A stretch of DNA of 64,000 bases from Gaiellales bacterium (GTDB taxonomy: Bacteria > Actinomycetota > Thermoleophilia > Gaiellales > Gaiellaceae), in NCBI GenBank assembly GCA_038248655.1, contig JBBRXG010000003.1:14879-78878 (forward strand), in the 5' to 3' direction. The position numbers and the translations under genes are program-made. The number at the start of each line of letters is the position of its first letter. Within the stretch, counting starts at the first letter, position 1. The notes below the pieces were generated by a model. The model was not told the DNA's origin and ran no database searches. It worked only from the letters and a program-made list of their open reading frames with translations. Positions 56,395 to 64,000 of the stretch are shown here, one piece after another.

Positions 56395-58035
56395 CTAGGT
56401 AAGGGCGCCGACGGCCTCGCGCAGCCGGGCAAGCGCCGCCTGGAGCTCCTTGAGCCGCTCGGGGTCGTCGCAGCCGTCGAGCTCTCGCTTGATGCCGCGC
56501 ACCCGCAGGCGCAGGAGCATCTCGGTCGCGGTGTCCTCGTCGATCTCGTCCTCGGATGCGCGAGCGTCGAGCTCGGCGAGGAGGCCGATCAGCTCCTCGT
56601 CTGCCGTGCCGGGCGCCAGCAGGTGCTCGCGCACCCGTCGGTGGAGATCGAGGTCGAAGTGTTCCGGGGTCAGCTCGGCGAGGAGCGGGACGAGGGACGG
56701 ATGGGCGACCGCGCCGGCGAGCACACCGCGCTCGAGCCGGTCGCCGGCCTCGATCAGCTTCGGTGACACCGTGCCGGTCCTGGCAAGCGCCCTCGGTGCA
56801 AACGTTCCGGGCGGAACCCGGAGGAGGTCTTCCGCGACCTGCGCCGCATCCTGTCGGTCGACCGAGTTCGGGATCGTCCGGAGAATCTCGGCAACCCGAT
56901 CGGCGGCGTTCTTGCGGTCGGGCTCGCGCTGGATCTCGAGCCGGACGCGATAGACCGGGTAGCTCTCGGCCCGGGCAAGGAGGTCTCCGAAGGTCTCGCC
57001 GGCGTCGGCGGGGTCGACACCGGGCGGCATCGGCACGACACGGACGTCGAGCTTGTGGGCAAGAGCGAGATCCATCCCCCGGAGCGTCGCGTCCTGCCCC
57101 GCCTTGTCGCCGTCGAAGCAGAGCGTGATGTGGGTGCTCAGCTGCGACAGGTCCTTGAGCTGCCGCTCGGTCAGGGCGGTGCCCATCGACGCGACGACGC
57201 GCTCCAGCCCGGCCTGGCGGAGGGCGAGCACGTCGGGGTTGCCCTCGACGACGATCGCGCCGTTCTCCTTCGCGATCGCCGCCCGGGCGCGGTCGAGCCC
57301 GTACAGGATCGAGCCCTTGCGGAAGAGATCGCCCTCGGGCGAGTTCACGTACTTCGCCTCGATCGGGTCGTCGTCGGCGAGCCGGCGCGCCTGGAAGCCG
57401 AGAATCCTGCCGCGCGCGTCGGCGAGCGGGAACATCAGGCGGCCCTGGAAGTAGTCGTTGCCGCGCCGGTTGACGAGGCCCGCGGCCCGAAGCTCGTCGT
57501 CGCTGAAGCCTTTCTCGCGTGCCTTCTGCGCCAGCGTGCGACCGTCGGCCGGCGAGAGGCCGAGCCGGTAGAGCTCGGCCACCTCGCGCCCCAGCCGACG
57601 GCCGTCGAGGTACGCGCGGGCTGCCTCTCCGGTGGACGACTCCCACAGGTACCGCTCGTAGAACGATGCGGCCTGCTCGAGGAGCGCGTGCAGCCGGTCG
57701 GTGCGCCGGCGCCGTGCATCGACCTCGGGCGACACCTCCTCGTACTCGAGCTGAACGTGGAAGCGGTCGGCGAGCCACTCGATCGCCTGCGCGAAGTCGA
57801 GTCCCTCCTTCTCGCGCACGAAGGTGATCGCGTCTCCCCCCGCGCCGCAGCCGAAGCAGTAGTACAGCTTGTCCACCGCGTTGATCGACAGGCTGGGCGT
57901 GCGCTCCTCGTGGAACGGACACCGGGCCGTGTAGCGCGACCCCGCCTTGCGCGGAGAGGTGTACGCGGAGACGAGATCGACCATGTCGATCGCGGCCTTG
58001 ACCGCCTCGACGGACGTGTCCGTGATCCGCGCCAC
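56395..58035 (-). CDS. dnaG: DNA primase
   Basis: 546 aa with a zinc finger ([30 protein letters not shown]) and a TOPRIM domain ([15 protein letters not shown]). Confidence 0.9.
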   Translation of the reverse strand: MARITDTSVEAVKAAIDMVDLVSAYTSPRKAGSRYTARCPFHEERTPSLSINAVDKLYYCFGCGAGGDAITFVREKEGLDFAQAIEWLADRFHVQLEYEEVSPEVDARRRRTDRLHALLEQAASFYERYLWESSTGEAARAYLDGRRLGREVAELYRLGLSPADGRTLAQKAREKGFSDDELRAAGLVNRRGNDYFQGRLMFPLADARGRILGFQARRLADDDPIEAKYVNSPEGDLFRKGSILYGLDRARAAIAKENGAIVVEGNPDVLALRQAGLERVVASMGTALTERQLKDLSQLSTHITLCFDGDKAGQDATLRGMDLALAHKLDVRVVPMPPGVDPADAGETFGDLLARAESYPVYRVRLEIQREPDRKNAADRVAEILRTIPNSVDRQDAAQVAEDLLRVPPGTFAPRALARTGTVSPKLIEAGDRLERGVLAGAVAHPSLVPLLAELTPEHFDLDLHRRVREHLLAPGTADEELIGLLAELDARASEDEIDEDTATEMLLRLRVRGIKRELDGCDDPERLKELQAALARLREAVGALT

Positions 58036-58991
58036 TAGCGGAGCTTCTCGGCGTGTGCGAGCGCGTAACGGTCGGTCATCCCCGCGACATATTCGACGAT
58101 CTCGTCGGCGGAGTCACCGCGCCTGACCAGATGATCGACGATGGTCGCGACGGCGGCATGCGCGCGCCGGTGCTCCTCCTTCGCGTGTGCCGCGAGGTAC
58201 ACGCGGTCGAACATGAACGCGCGCAGACGGTGCATCGCGTCGCCGATCTCGTCGCTCTGCCGAATCTCGCCAACTGCCGCCGACGTCTCGACGAGGTCGT
58301 GCACGAGCCGGTCGATGCGCTCGGAGCCGGTCGGGCCGAGGAGCTCGAGCTCCGCTCGCGGCAGATCGTCTTCGTGGAGGAGCCCGTAGCGCACTGCATC
58401 GTCGATGTCGTGGTTGATGTACGCCACCCGGTCGACGAGGCGCACGATCCTCCCCTCGAGCGTGCCGGGCTCGACCGACCCGGTGTGGGTGAGGATTCCC
58501 TCGCAGACCTCGTGGGTCAGGTTGAGCGCGGCCGCGATGCGATGCGATTGCTCGTTGTGGCGGAAACGGCGCCCGAACTGCGCCCGCAGCGCCTCGTCGA
58601 GCGCGTCCTCCCCGGCATGTCCGAACGGCGTATGGCCGAGATCGTGCCCGAGCCCGATCGCTTCGGTCAGATCCTCGTTCAGACGCAGCGCCCGAGCGAC
58701 GACCCGCGAGATCGCCGTTGTCTCGAGCGTGTGCGTCATCCGGGTCCGGTAGTGATCGCCCTGCGGGTCGATGAAGACCTGCGTCTTCCCCTTCAGGCGG
58801 CGGAAAGGCTTCGAGTGGACGATGCGGTCGCGGTCGCGCTGGAACGGCGTCCGCACCGCGCACGGTTCCTCGTCGCGGTCCCGTCCGCGCGTCTCGTACG
58901 AGCGCACGGCGAGGGGTGACAGCCAGGCTTCCTCCTGCTCGCGGAAGCGGGCTTCGAAGGCGTCACCGACTCTCCCGGCCAGCTCGGGCAT
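58035..58991 (-). CDS. dgt: dGTP triphosphohydrolase-like HD-domain protein
   Basis: RTPFQRDRDRIVHSKPFRRLKGKTQVF, HDLGHTPFGH. I prefer the ATG at 58991; the ORF track starts at 59051. Confidence 0.8.
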   Translation of the reverse strand: MPELAGRVGDAFEARFREQEEAWLSPLAVRSYETRGRDRDEEPCAVRTPFQRDRDRIVHSKPFRRLKGKTQVFIDPQGDHYRTRMTHTLETTAISRVVARALRLNEDLTEAIGLGHDLGHTPFGHAGEDALDEALRAQFGRRFRHNEQSHRIAAALNLTHEVCEGILTHTGSVEPGTLEGRIVRLVDRVAYINHDIDDAVRYGLLHEDDLPRAELELLGPTGSERIDRLVHDLVETSAAVGEIRQSDEIGDAMHRLRAFMFDRVYLAAHAKEEHRRAHAAVATIVDHLVRRGDSADEIVEYVAGMTDRYALAHAEKLR

Positions 58992-59058
58992 CACGTCCAG
59001 GGTAGATGCTGCGGCGGAGAGACCGAATCGTCGGGTCGACCCGTCGTACACTCGGCCG

Positions 59059-62000
59059 ATGATCTGTCCGCAGTGCGGTCAGGAGAATCCGGCAGGCGCC
59101 CGCTTCTGCAACTCCTGCGGCTCGGCCCTGCAGACAGCTGCCGTCGCCCGCGAGGCCCGGAAGACGGTCACGGTCCTCTTCTGCGACCTCGCCGGTTACA
59201 CGGCGGCGGGCGAGCGCCTCGACCCCGAGGCGCTCCGCAAGCTCCAGTCCCGCTACTTCGACGTCGCCCGGGCAGCCCTCGAACGCCACGGCGCAAGCGT
59301 CGAGAAGTTCATCGGGGATGCGGTGATGGCCGTGTTCGGCATCCCCGAGCTCCACGAGGACGACGCGCTGCGCGCCGTGCGGGCGGCGATCGCCCTGCGC
59401 GACGCGGTTGCGGAGCTGGAACTGGAGGCACGCATCGGCGTCAACACCGGCGAGGTCGTTGCCGGCTCCGGCGATGCACTCGTCACCGGGGATGCGGTCA
59501 ACGTCGCTGCACGCCTCGAGCAGGCCGCCGAGCCGGGCGCGATTCTCGTCGGCGAAGCGACGCATCGTCTCGTCGCCGGAGCGGTCGTCTCCGAGAGCGT
59601 CCGCCCGGTGGCCGCGAAGGGCAAGGCAGATCCGATTCGAGCCTGGCGGCTCTTCGAGGTTCGTCCGGATGCGGAGGCGATCATGCGCAGGCTCGACTCG
59701 CCGGTGGTCGGCCGTACCCGTGAGCGCGCCATCCTTCGCCAGGCATTCGACCGCGCCGTCGACGAGAACGCCTGTCACCTCTTCACCGTCCTCGGAGCGG
59801 CCGGCGTCGGAAAGTCGCGGCTCGTCGCAGAACTCGTCCGCGAGGTCGGGCAGGAGGCGCGCGTGCTCGGTGGACGCTGCCTCTCCTACGGGGAGGGCAT
59901 CACCTTCTGGCCATTGTACGAGGCGCTGGACGGGCTCGGGGACCGCTCCTCGCCGGTTCTGTCGCTGCTCGAGACGGGCGCTCCGTCCGAGGAGCTCTTC
60001 CTCTCGGTGTGCAGGCTCCTCGAGGAGCTCGCGCGCGAACAACCGCTCGTCGTCGTCTTCGACGACATTCAGTGGGCGGAGCCGACGTTCCTCGACCTCG
60101 TCGACCACGTCTCCGACTGGTCGAGGAACGCACCGCTCCTCGTCGTCTGCGTCGCCCGTCCGGAGCTCATCGACGGTCGCCCGGGCTGGGGCGGCGGCAA
60201 GCTGAACGCGATCTCTGTCCTCCTGGAGCCGCTTGACGACGACGAGTGCGAGCTCTTGATCACGAACCTGATCGGTGAGGCGGCCCTGACTCGACCGGCA
60301 CGGGAGCGGATTTTCGCAGCGGCCGAAGGCAATCCGCTCTTCGTCGAGGAGACACTCGAGATGCTGATCGACGACGGCCTGCTCGAGCGGCACGACTGGT
60401 CCTGGGTGGGAACCACGGACCTCACGGAGCTCGCCGTTCCACCCACGATCCACGCACTGCTCGCCGCCCGCCTCGACCGGCTCTCTGCAGACGAGCGAGC
60501 CGTTGTCGAGTGCGCGGCGGTCGAAGGCACGCTCTTCCACCGCGGCGCGGTTGCGGCGCTCGCCCCCGAGGTCCTCCAGCCCTCCGTGACCGCGCACCTG
60601 CTCTCGCTCGTCCGCAGGCAGCTCGTTCGGCCGGACGAGCCGGAGTTCGCTGGCGAGGACGGCTTCCGCTTCCGCAATCTGCTCTTTCGGGACGCCGCGT
60701 ACACGTCGCTGCCGAAGGAAGCACGGGCCGCGCTGCACGAACGATTCGCCGCCTGGCTCGAAGGAAAGGCAGGTGAAGAGCGTACCGCGTTCGAGGAGAT
60801 CCTCGGCTACCACCTCGAGCAGGCGTTCAGCTACGGGGCCGAGCTCGGCTCGCCAGACCAGGCGCTGGCACGGCGCGCGGCGGAGCTCCTCGGCTCGAGC
60901 GGGCGGCGCGCCCTCGCGGCGGGCGACCGGAACGCGGCCCGCTCGCTCCTCGAACGCGCGGCCGACCTGCTGCCGGCAGACGATCCGATCCGGCTTTCGG
61001 TCCTCCCGGAGCTCGGCGCTGCCCTCGAGGACACCGGTGACTTCGCGCGATCGCGCAAGGTTCTCGACGAAGCGCTCGAGCTCGCCCGCGCGGCAGGCGA
61101 CGAGCGCACTGCAGGGCACGCACGGGTGGTGCTCCTCAACGGCAGGATGAAGTTCGAGTCGCAGGTGGACACGGAGGAGCTCCGTCGAGAGGCGGAGTCT
61201 CTGCGGTCGCTCTTCGAGCGGCTTCGCGACGAGCGCGGCCAGGCGGAGGCGCTCTTTCTGCTGGCGCTGCTGAGCTGGACCGCAGCGCACGCCGCTCGGG
61301 CGGCCGCCCTGGCCGAGCGTGCCCGCGAGCATGGTCGTCGCGCGGGCGACCGCCGCATCGAACTCGAAGCGTCCCGCAGGCTGGCGCACGCGTGGGCGAT
61401 GGGGCCGATGCGCGCTGAGAAAGGGCTGGAGCGCCTCGACGGGTTCGCGTCGGCCGGCGACGCGTTGCTGCCCGGGCTGGTGGCGGTTGCGCGCGCTGTG
61501 CTCGAGGCGATGCTCGGCCGCTTCGACGACGCCCGCCGCTCGCTCGCGCTCGGCCTCGAGACGCGCGAGCGGCTCGGCCAGCGAGTTCTCGTCGAGAGTG
61601 CTCGCGGCCAGGCCGGCGCGTTCATCGAACGCCTCGCAGGAGATCCTGCGGCTGCGGAGCGACTGCTCCGGCAAAGCCTCGAGGTGCTGGAGCGCTTCGG
61701 GGAAAGGGCCTTGCTCTCCACCAACGCCGCGCAGCTCGGCCAGGTGCTGGTCGCACGGGAGAGATTCGACGAGGCGGAGGAGCTGGCACGGCTGAGCGAG
61801 GAGTCCGCCTCGTCCACCGATGTTGCTTCGCAGTCCGTCCTCTGGGCGGTGCGGGCGCAGGTCCTCGCACGAAGAGGTGAGCTCGAGCTCGCCGAGACAG
61901 CGGCCCGCCGGGCCCTCGAGGTCGTCGAGCGGTCGGATTTCCTGGATGAACAGGCGGACACGTACGTTGCCCTCGCCGACGTGCTGTCGCTCGCCGGACG

Positions 62001-62112
62001 CACCGACGAGGCCGTCGCCGCGCTCGGAGAAGCGCTCGAGCGGTACGAGCTCAAGGGCAATGTCGTCTCCGCAGCGTGGACGCGCGAGCGGCTGAACGGC
62101 CTCAGAGGATGA
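59059..62112 (+). CDS. Zinc-ribbon + class III adenylate/guanylate cyclase + STAND (AAA/NB-ARC-like) ATPase + TPR protein
   Basis: The ATG at 59059 gives MICPQCGQENPAGARFCNSCG. The cyclase core is VTVLFCDLAGYT...KFIGDAVMAVFG...GVNTGEVV. A P-loop (GAAGVGKSRL) follows, and the last ~450 aa are helical repeats. No HTH is visible. Confidence 0.8.
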   Translation: MICPQCGQENPAGARFCNSCGSALQTAAVAREARKTVTVLFCDLAGYTAAGERLDPEALRKLQSRYFDVARAALERHGASVEKFIGDAVMAVFGIPELHEDDALRAVRAAIALRDAVAELELEARIGVNTGEVVAGSGDALVTGDAVNVAARLEQAAEPGAILVGEATHRLVAGAVVSESVRPVAAKGKADPIRAWRLFEVRPDAEAIMRRLDSPVVGRTRERAILRQAFDRAVDENACHLFTVLGAAGVGKSRLVAELVREVGQEARVLGGRCLSYGEGITFWPLYEALDGLGDRSSPVLSLLETGAPSEELFLSVCRLLEELAREQPLVVVFDDIQWAEPTFLDLVDHVSDWSRNAPLLVVCVARPELIDGRPGWGGGKLNAISVLLEPLDDDECELLITNLIGEAALTRPARERIFAAAEGNPLFVEETLEMLIDDGLLERHDWSWVGTTDLTELAVPPTIHALLAARLDRLSADERAVVECAAVEGTLFHRGAVAALAPEVLQPSVTAHLLSLVRRQLVRPDEPEFAGEDGFRFRNLLFRDAAYTSLPKEARAALHERFAAWLEGKAGEERTAFEEILGYHLEQAFSYGAELGSPDQALARRAAELLGSSGRRALAAGDRNAARSLLERAADLLPADDPIRLSVLPELGAALEDTGDFARSRKVLDEALELARAAGDERTAGHARVVLLNGRMKFESQVDTEELRREAESLRSLFERLRDERGQAEALFLLALLSWTAAHAARAAALAERAREHGRRAGDRRIELEASRRLAHAWAMGPMRAEKGLERLDGFASAGDALLPGLVAVARAVLEAMLGRFDDARRSLALGLETRERLGQRVLVESARGQAGAFIERLAGDPAAAERLLRQSLEVLERFGERALLSTNAAQLGQVLVARERFDEAEELARLSEESASSTDVASQSVLWAVRAQVLARRGELELAETAARRALEVVERSDFLDEQADTYVALADVLSLAGRTDEAVAALGEALERYELKGNVVSAAWTRERLNGLRG

Positions 62113-62854
62113 TCGGCACGGTGCCGCCGTCCGCGCTCCACGCCGACCCGGTCACATAGCTCGCACGGTCGGAGCAGAGGAAGACGATCACGGCGGCGAT
62201 CTCGTCCGGCCGCGCGAGCCGGCCGAGCGGGCGGCCGGCGCCGACCTTCGCGAGGACCTCGGCACGTTCGCCCTGCTGGTCGGCCAGGCCTCCGTCGCCG
62301 AGCCACGCATCGGTCGCCGTCGGGCCGGGCGTGACCGCATTGCAGCGGATCGCGTCCTGGGCGTAGATGTCTGCGACCAACCTGGAGAGAGACAGCACGG
62401 CCGCCTTCATCACCGAGTAGTGCGGCATCGAGGTCGACGGCCGCTTGCCCGCGGTCGACGACACGTTTACGATCGATGCGGCCGCGGACTCGCGCAGATA
62501 CGGCAGCGCGGAGCGGATCGCGCGCACGTAGCTCATCACGTCCAGCTGCCAGTACGCCTCCCACTCCTCGTCGAGGACGTCCTCGAAGCGCGCCTGTCGG
62601 GCAACGCCGACGTTGTTGACGAGCACGTCGATTCCGCCGAGCGCCTGCGCGGCCTCCGCGACCACCCGCTCGGGCTCTCCGGCGACGCCGAGATCGGCGC
62701 GCACGTGGAACGTCTCCCCGATCGCGGGCGCGTCCCGGCGACCGCAGGTGACGACGCGCGCGCCCTCGTCGAGCAGCATCCGCACGGTTTCGAGGCCGAT
62801 CCCGGCCGTGGAACCGGTGACGACGCACGCACGTCCGCGGAGCCCGAGATCCAC
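62102..62854 (-). CDS. SDR-family oxidoreductase
   Basis: The GTG at 62854 gives VDLGLRGRACVVTGSTAGIG. It also has NNVG and YSVMKAA. Confidence 0.8.
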   Translation of the reverse strand: MDLGLRGRACVVTGSTAGIGLETVRMLLDEGARVVTCGRRDAPAIGETFHVRADLGVAGEPERVVAEAAQALGGIDVLVNNVGVARQARFEDVLDEEWEAYWQLDVMSYVRAIRSALPYLRESAAASIVNVSSTAGKRPSTSMPHYSVMKAAVLSLSRLVADIYAQDAIRCNAVTPGPTATDAWLGDGGLADQQGERAEVLAKVGAGRPLGRLARPDEIAAVIVFLCSDRASYVTGSAWSADGGTVPIIL

Positions 62855-62873
62855 GCCGCTAGCGTATCCGTGG

Positions 62874-63407
62874 ATGACCACGATCCTGCTGGCCCGGCAT
62901 GGTGAGACGGACTGGAACCGCGAGGGTCGATTCCAGGGTTGGGCAGATCCGCCGCTCAACGAGACGGGACGCGAGCAGGCCCGGGCGCTGGCCGAGCAGC
63001 TGTCCGACGTGCCGTTCGAGGCCGTGTACTCGAGCGACCTGCGGCGCGCCCACGAGACCGCGCTGATCGTCGCCGAGCCGCACGGAGTGCCGGTCGTCTC
63101 CGATCCCGCCCTCCGCGAGATCGACGTCGGCTCCTGGTCGGGCCTGACGCGTCCGGAGATCGAGGCGCGCTTCCCCGGGGCCGGCCACCACGACGGCGAG
63201 ACCCGCGCCGAGCACCTCGCACGCGTCCTCGCCGCCGTCGAGCGCATCGCGCGCGCCCATCCCGGCGAGCGGATTCTGATCGTCTCGCACGGCGGCTCCT
63301 TGCGAACGCTGCGCCGGCACGCGATCGGCGACCCGGTGCACCCGATCGAGAACTGCGGCGTCTACGAGCTCCGGTTCCGGAACGGCGCGTTCTCGGCTAT
63401 AGACTGA
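62874..63407 (+). CDS. Histidine phosphatase family protein (PGM/cobC-like)
   Basis: The ATG at 62874 gives MTTILLARHGETDWN, then SDLRRAHET and VSHGG. Confidence 0.8.
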   Translation: MTTILLARHGETDWNREGRFQGWADPPLNETGREQARALAEQLSDVPFEAVYSSDLRRAHETALIVAEPHGVPVVSDPALREIDVGSWSGLTRPEIEARFPGAGHHDGETRAEHLARVLAAVERIARAHPGERILIVSHGGSLRTLRRHAIGDPVHPIENCGVYELRFRNGAFSAID

Positions 63408-63414
63408 GCCGCAG

Positions 63415-63663
63415 GTGGAGGACTACACCAGCAAGTACAAGGGGGAGCAGGTCGAGGTGGCGCTGATGAACGGCGACTACCAGGACGGCGTCCTCACCGC
63501 GTACTGCGCGATCGACGACGTCGCGCATGTCGAGCTCAACGGCCACATCCTGATCCCTCTGCAGAACGTGGCTTCCCTCCACTGCTCGAGCCGCTGTGAC
63601 GCGCCTGAGCCTGACTGGCCCCCGCGCGGACTCGCCGAGGACGAGCGCGACGACGAGGGCTAG
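63415..63663 (+). CDS. Hypothetical protein
   Basis: 82-aa ORF with an acidic tail. No family is recognised. Confidence 0.35.
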   Translation: MEDYTSKYKGEQVEVALMNGDYQDGVLTAYCAIDDVAHVELNGHILIPLQNVASLHCSSRCDAPEPDWPPRGLAEDERDDEG

Positions 63664-63687
63664 GCGTTGCGCGCCGCCTGGCCGGCG

Positions 63688-64000
63688 ATGCGCAACGTCG
63701 CGAAGGCGTGGGGCCTCCTGGCTGCGCTCTGCGCCGCGCTCGGCGCGCTCGGCTGGTGGCTGAGCGGGTACCGCGTCGGTTCGGTGTTCGTCTTCTGCGG
63801 ACTCCTGCTCGGGGTCGCCGCCTACTGGTACGCGGACCGGGTGGCGTTGGGGATGGTCGGGGCGCGGGAGCTCTTGCCCGGTGAGGCTCCGGCCCTGCAC
63901 TCGCTGGTCGAGCGGCTGTCGATGCGCGCGGGCGTGGTCAAGCCGCGCCTGTACGTGATCTCCGACGGATTCCCGCGTGCGTTGTCGGCAGGGCGCGGTG
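63688..64000 (+). CDS. htpX: HtpX-like M48 protease, N-terminal part (runs off the window)
   Basis: My own translation gives MRNVAKAWGLLAALCAALGALGWWLSGYRVGSVFVFCGLLLGVAAYWYADRVALGMVGARELLPGEAPALHSLVERLSMRAGVVKPRLYVISDGFPRALSAGRG. This is the typical HtpX layout upstream of HExxH. Confidence 0.7.
   Translation, partial: MRNVAKAWGLLAALCAALGALGWWLSGYRVGSVFVFCGLLLGVAAYWYADRVALGMVGARELLPGEAPALHSLVERLSMRAGVVKPRLYVISDGFPRALSAGRG

Noticed and set aside
56382-56520. TPP riboswitch upstream of thiG.
   Set aside because: The region is the 3' end of dnaG. I could not find the conserved CUGAGA / ACCUGAUCUGGAUAAUGCCAGC-like elements on the minus strand. Only 13 nt are non-coding.
58035-59051. dGTPase-like HD protein as a possible anti-phage dNTP-depletion defence gene, perhaps working with the neighbouring cyclase-STAND protein.
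   Set aside because: dgt immediately upstream of dnaG (a 1-nt TAGTG overlap here) is conserved housekeeping synteny in Actinomycetota. The cyclase gene is divergent and has no effector partner. Nothing in the sequence marks a defence island.

Overview
This is a very GC-rich bacterial chromosome segment (about 70% GC by eye, not computed). The gene content looks actinobacterial: whiA-gap-pgk-tpiA-gpmI, HemQ/ChdC, dgt-dnaG and an Asp23/ECF stress cluster. A Thermoleophilia/Rubrobacteria-like lineage is only a guess.

Housekeeping genes: four tRNAs (Arg-CCG, Gly-CCC, Leu-CAG, Asn-GTT), corA, argS, class I FBA plus glpX, the glycolytic operon, whiA, ogt, pruA, uvrC, hemQ, thiG-thiS-thiE, dnaG, dgt and htpX.

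Accessory content:
- A CoA-dependent catabolic cluster with a Liv-type ABC importer (3.3-17.4 kb).
- A frameshifted IS110-family element (about 17.4-19.0 kb).
- A lower-GC remnant of a mobile element (19.4-20.1 kb).
- A translationally coupled operon of ECF sigma, ZAS anti-sigma::Asp23 fusion, Asp23 x2 and membrane anchors (20.1-23.8 kb).
- A frameshifted secreted repeat protein, an S8 protease, an MprF-like gene, a frameshifted orphan MASE1-GAF histidine kinase, and a cyclase-STAND-TPR protein.

Most interesting observations:
1. A family of small elements is built on the palindrome GGGGTCWGACCCC. They sit at gene 3' ends (epimerase, pgk, possibly whiA) and once inside gpmI, and in two cases they supply the stop codon.
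2. Two genes (gpmI and the S8 protease) have a conserved N-terminus or signal peptide reachable only from a CTG codon that overlaps an upstream TGA (CTGA).
3. The soluble ZAS anti-sigma factor fused to an Asp23 domain is, as far as I know, uncharacterised.
4. The long structured 5' arm of the IS110 element is a candidate bridge-RNA region.

No CRISPR array, rRNA or convincing riboswitch was seen. All family assignments come from reading the translations, not from database searches.
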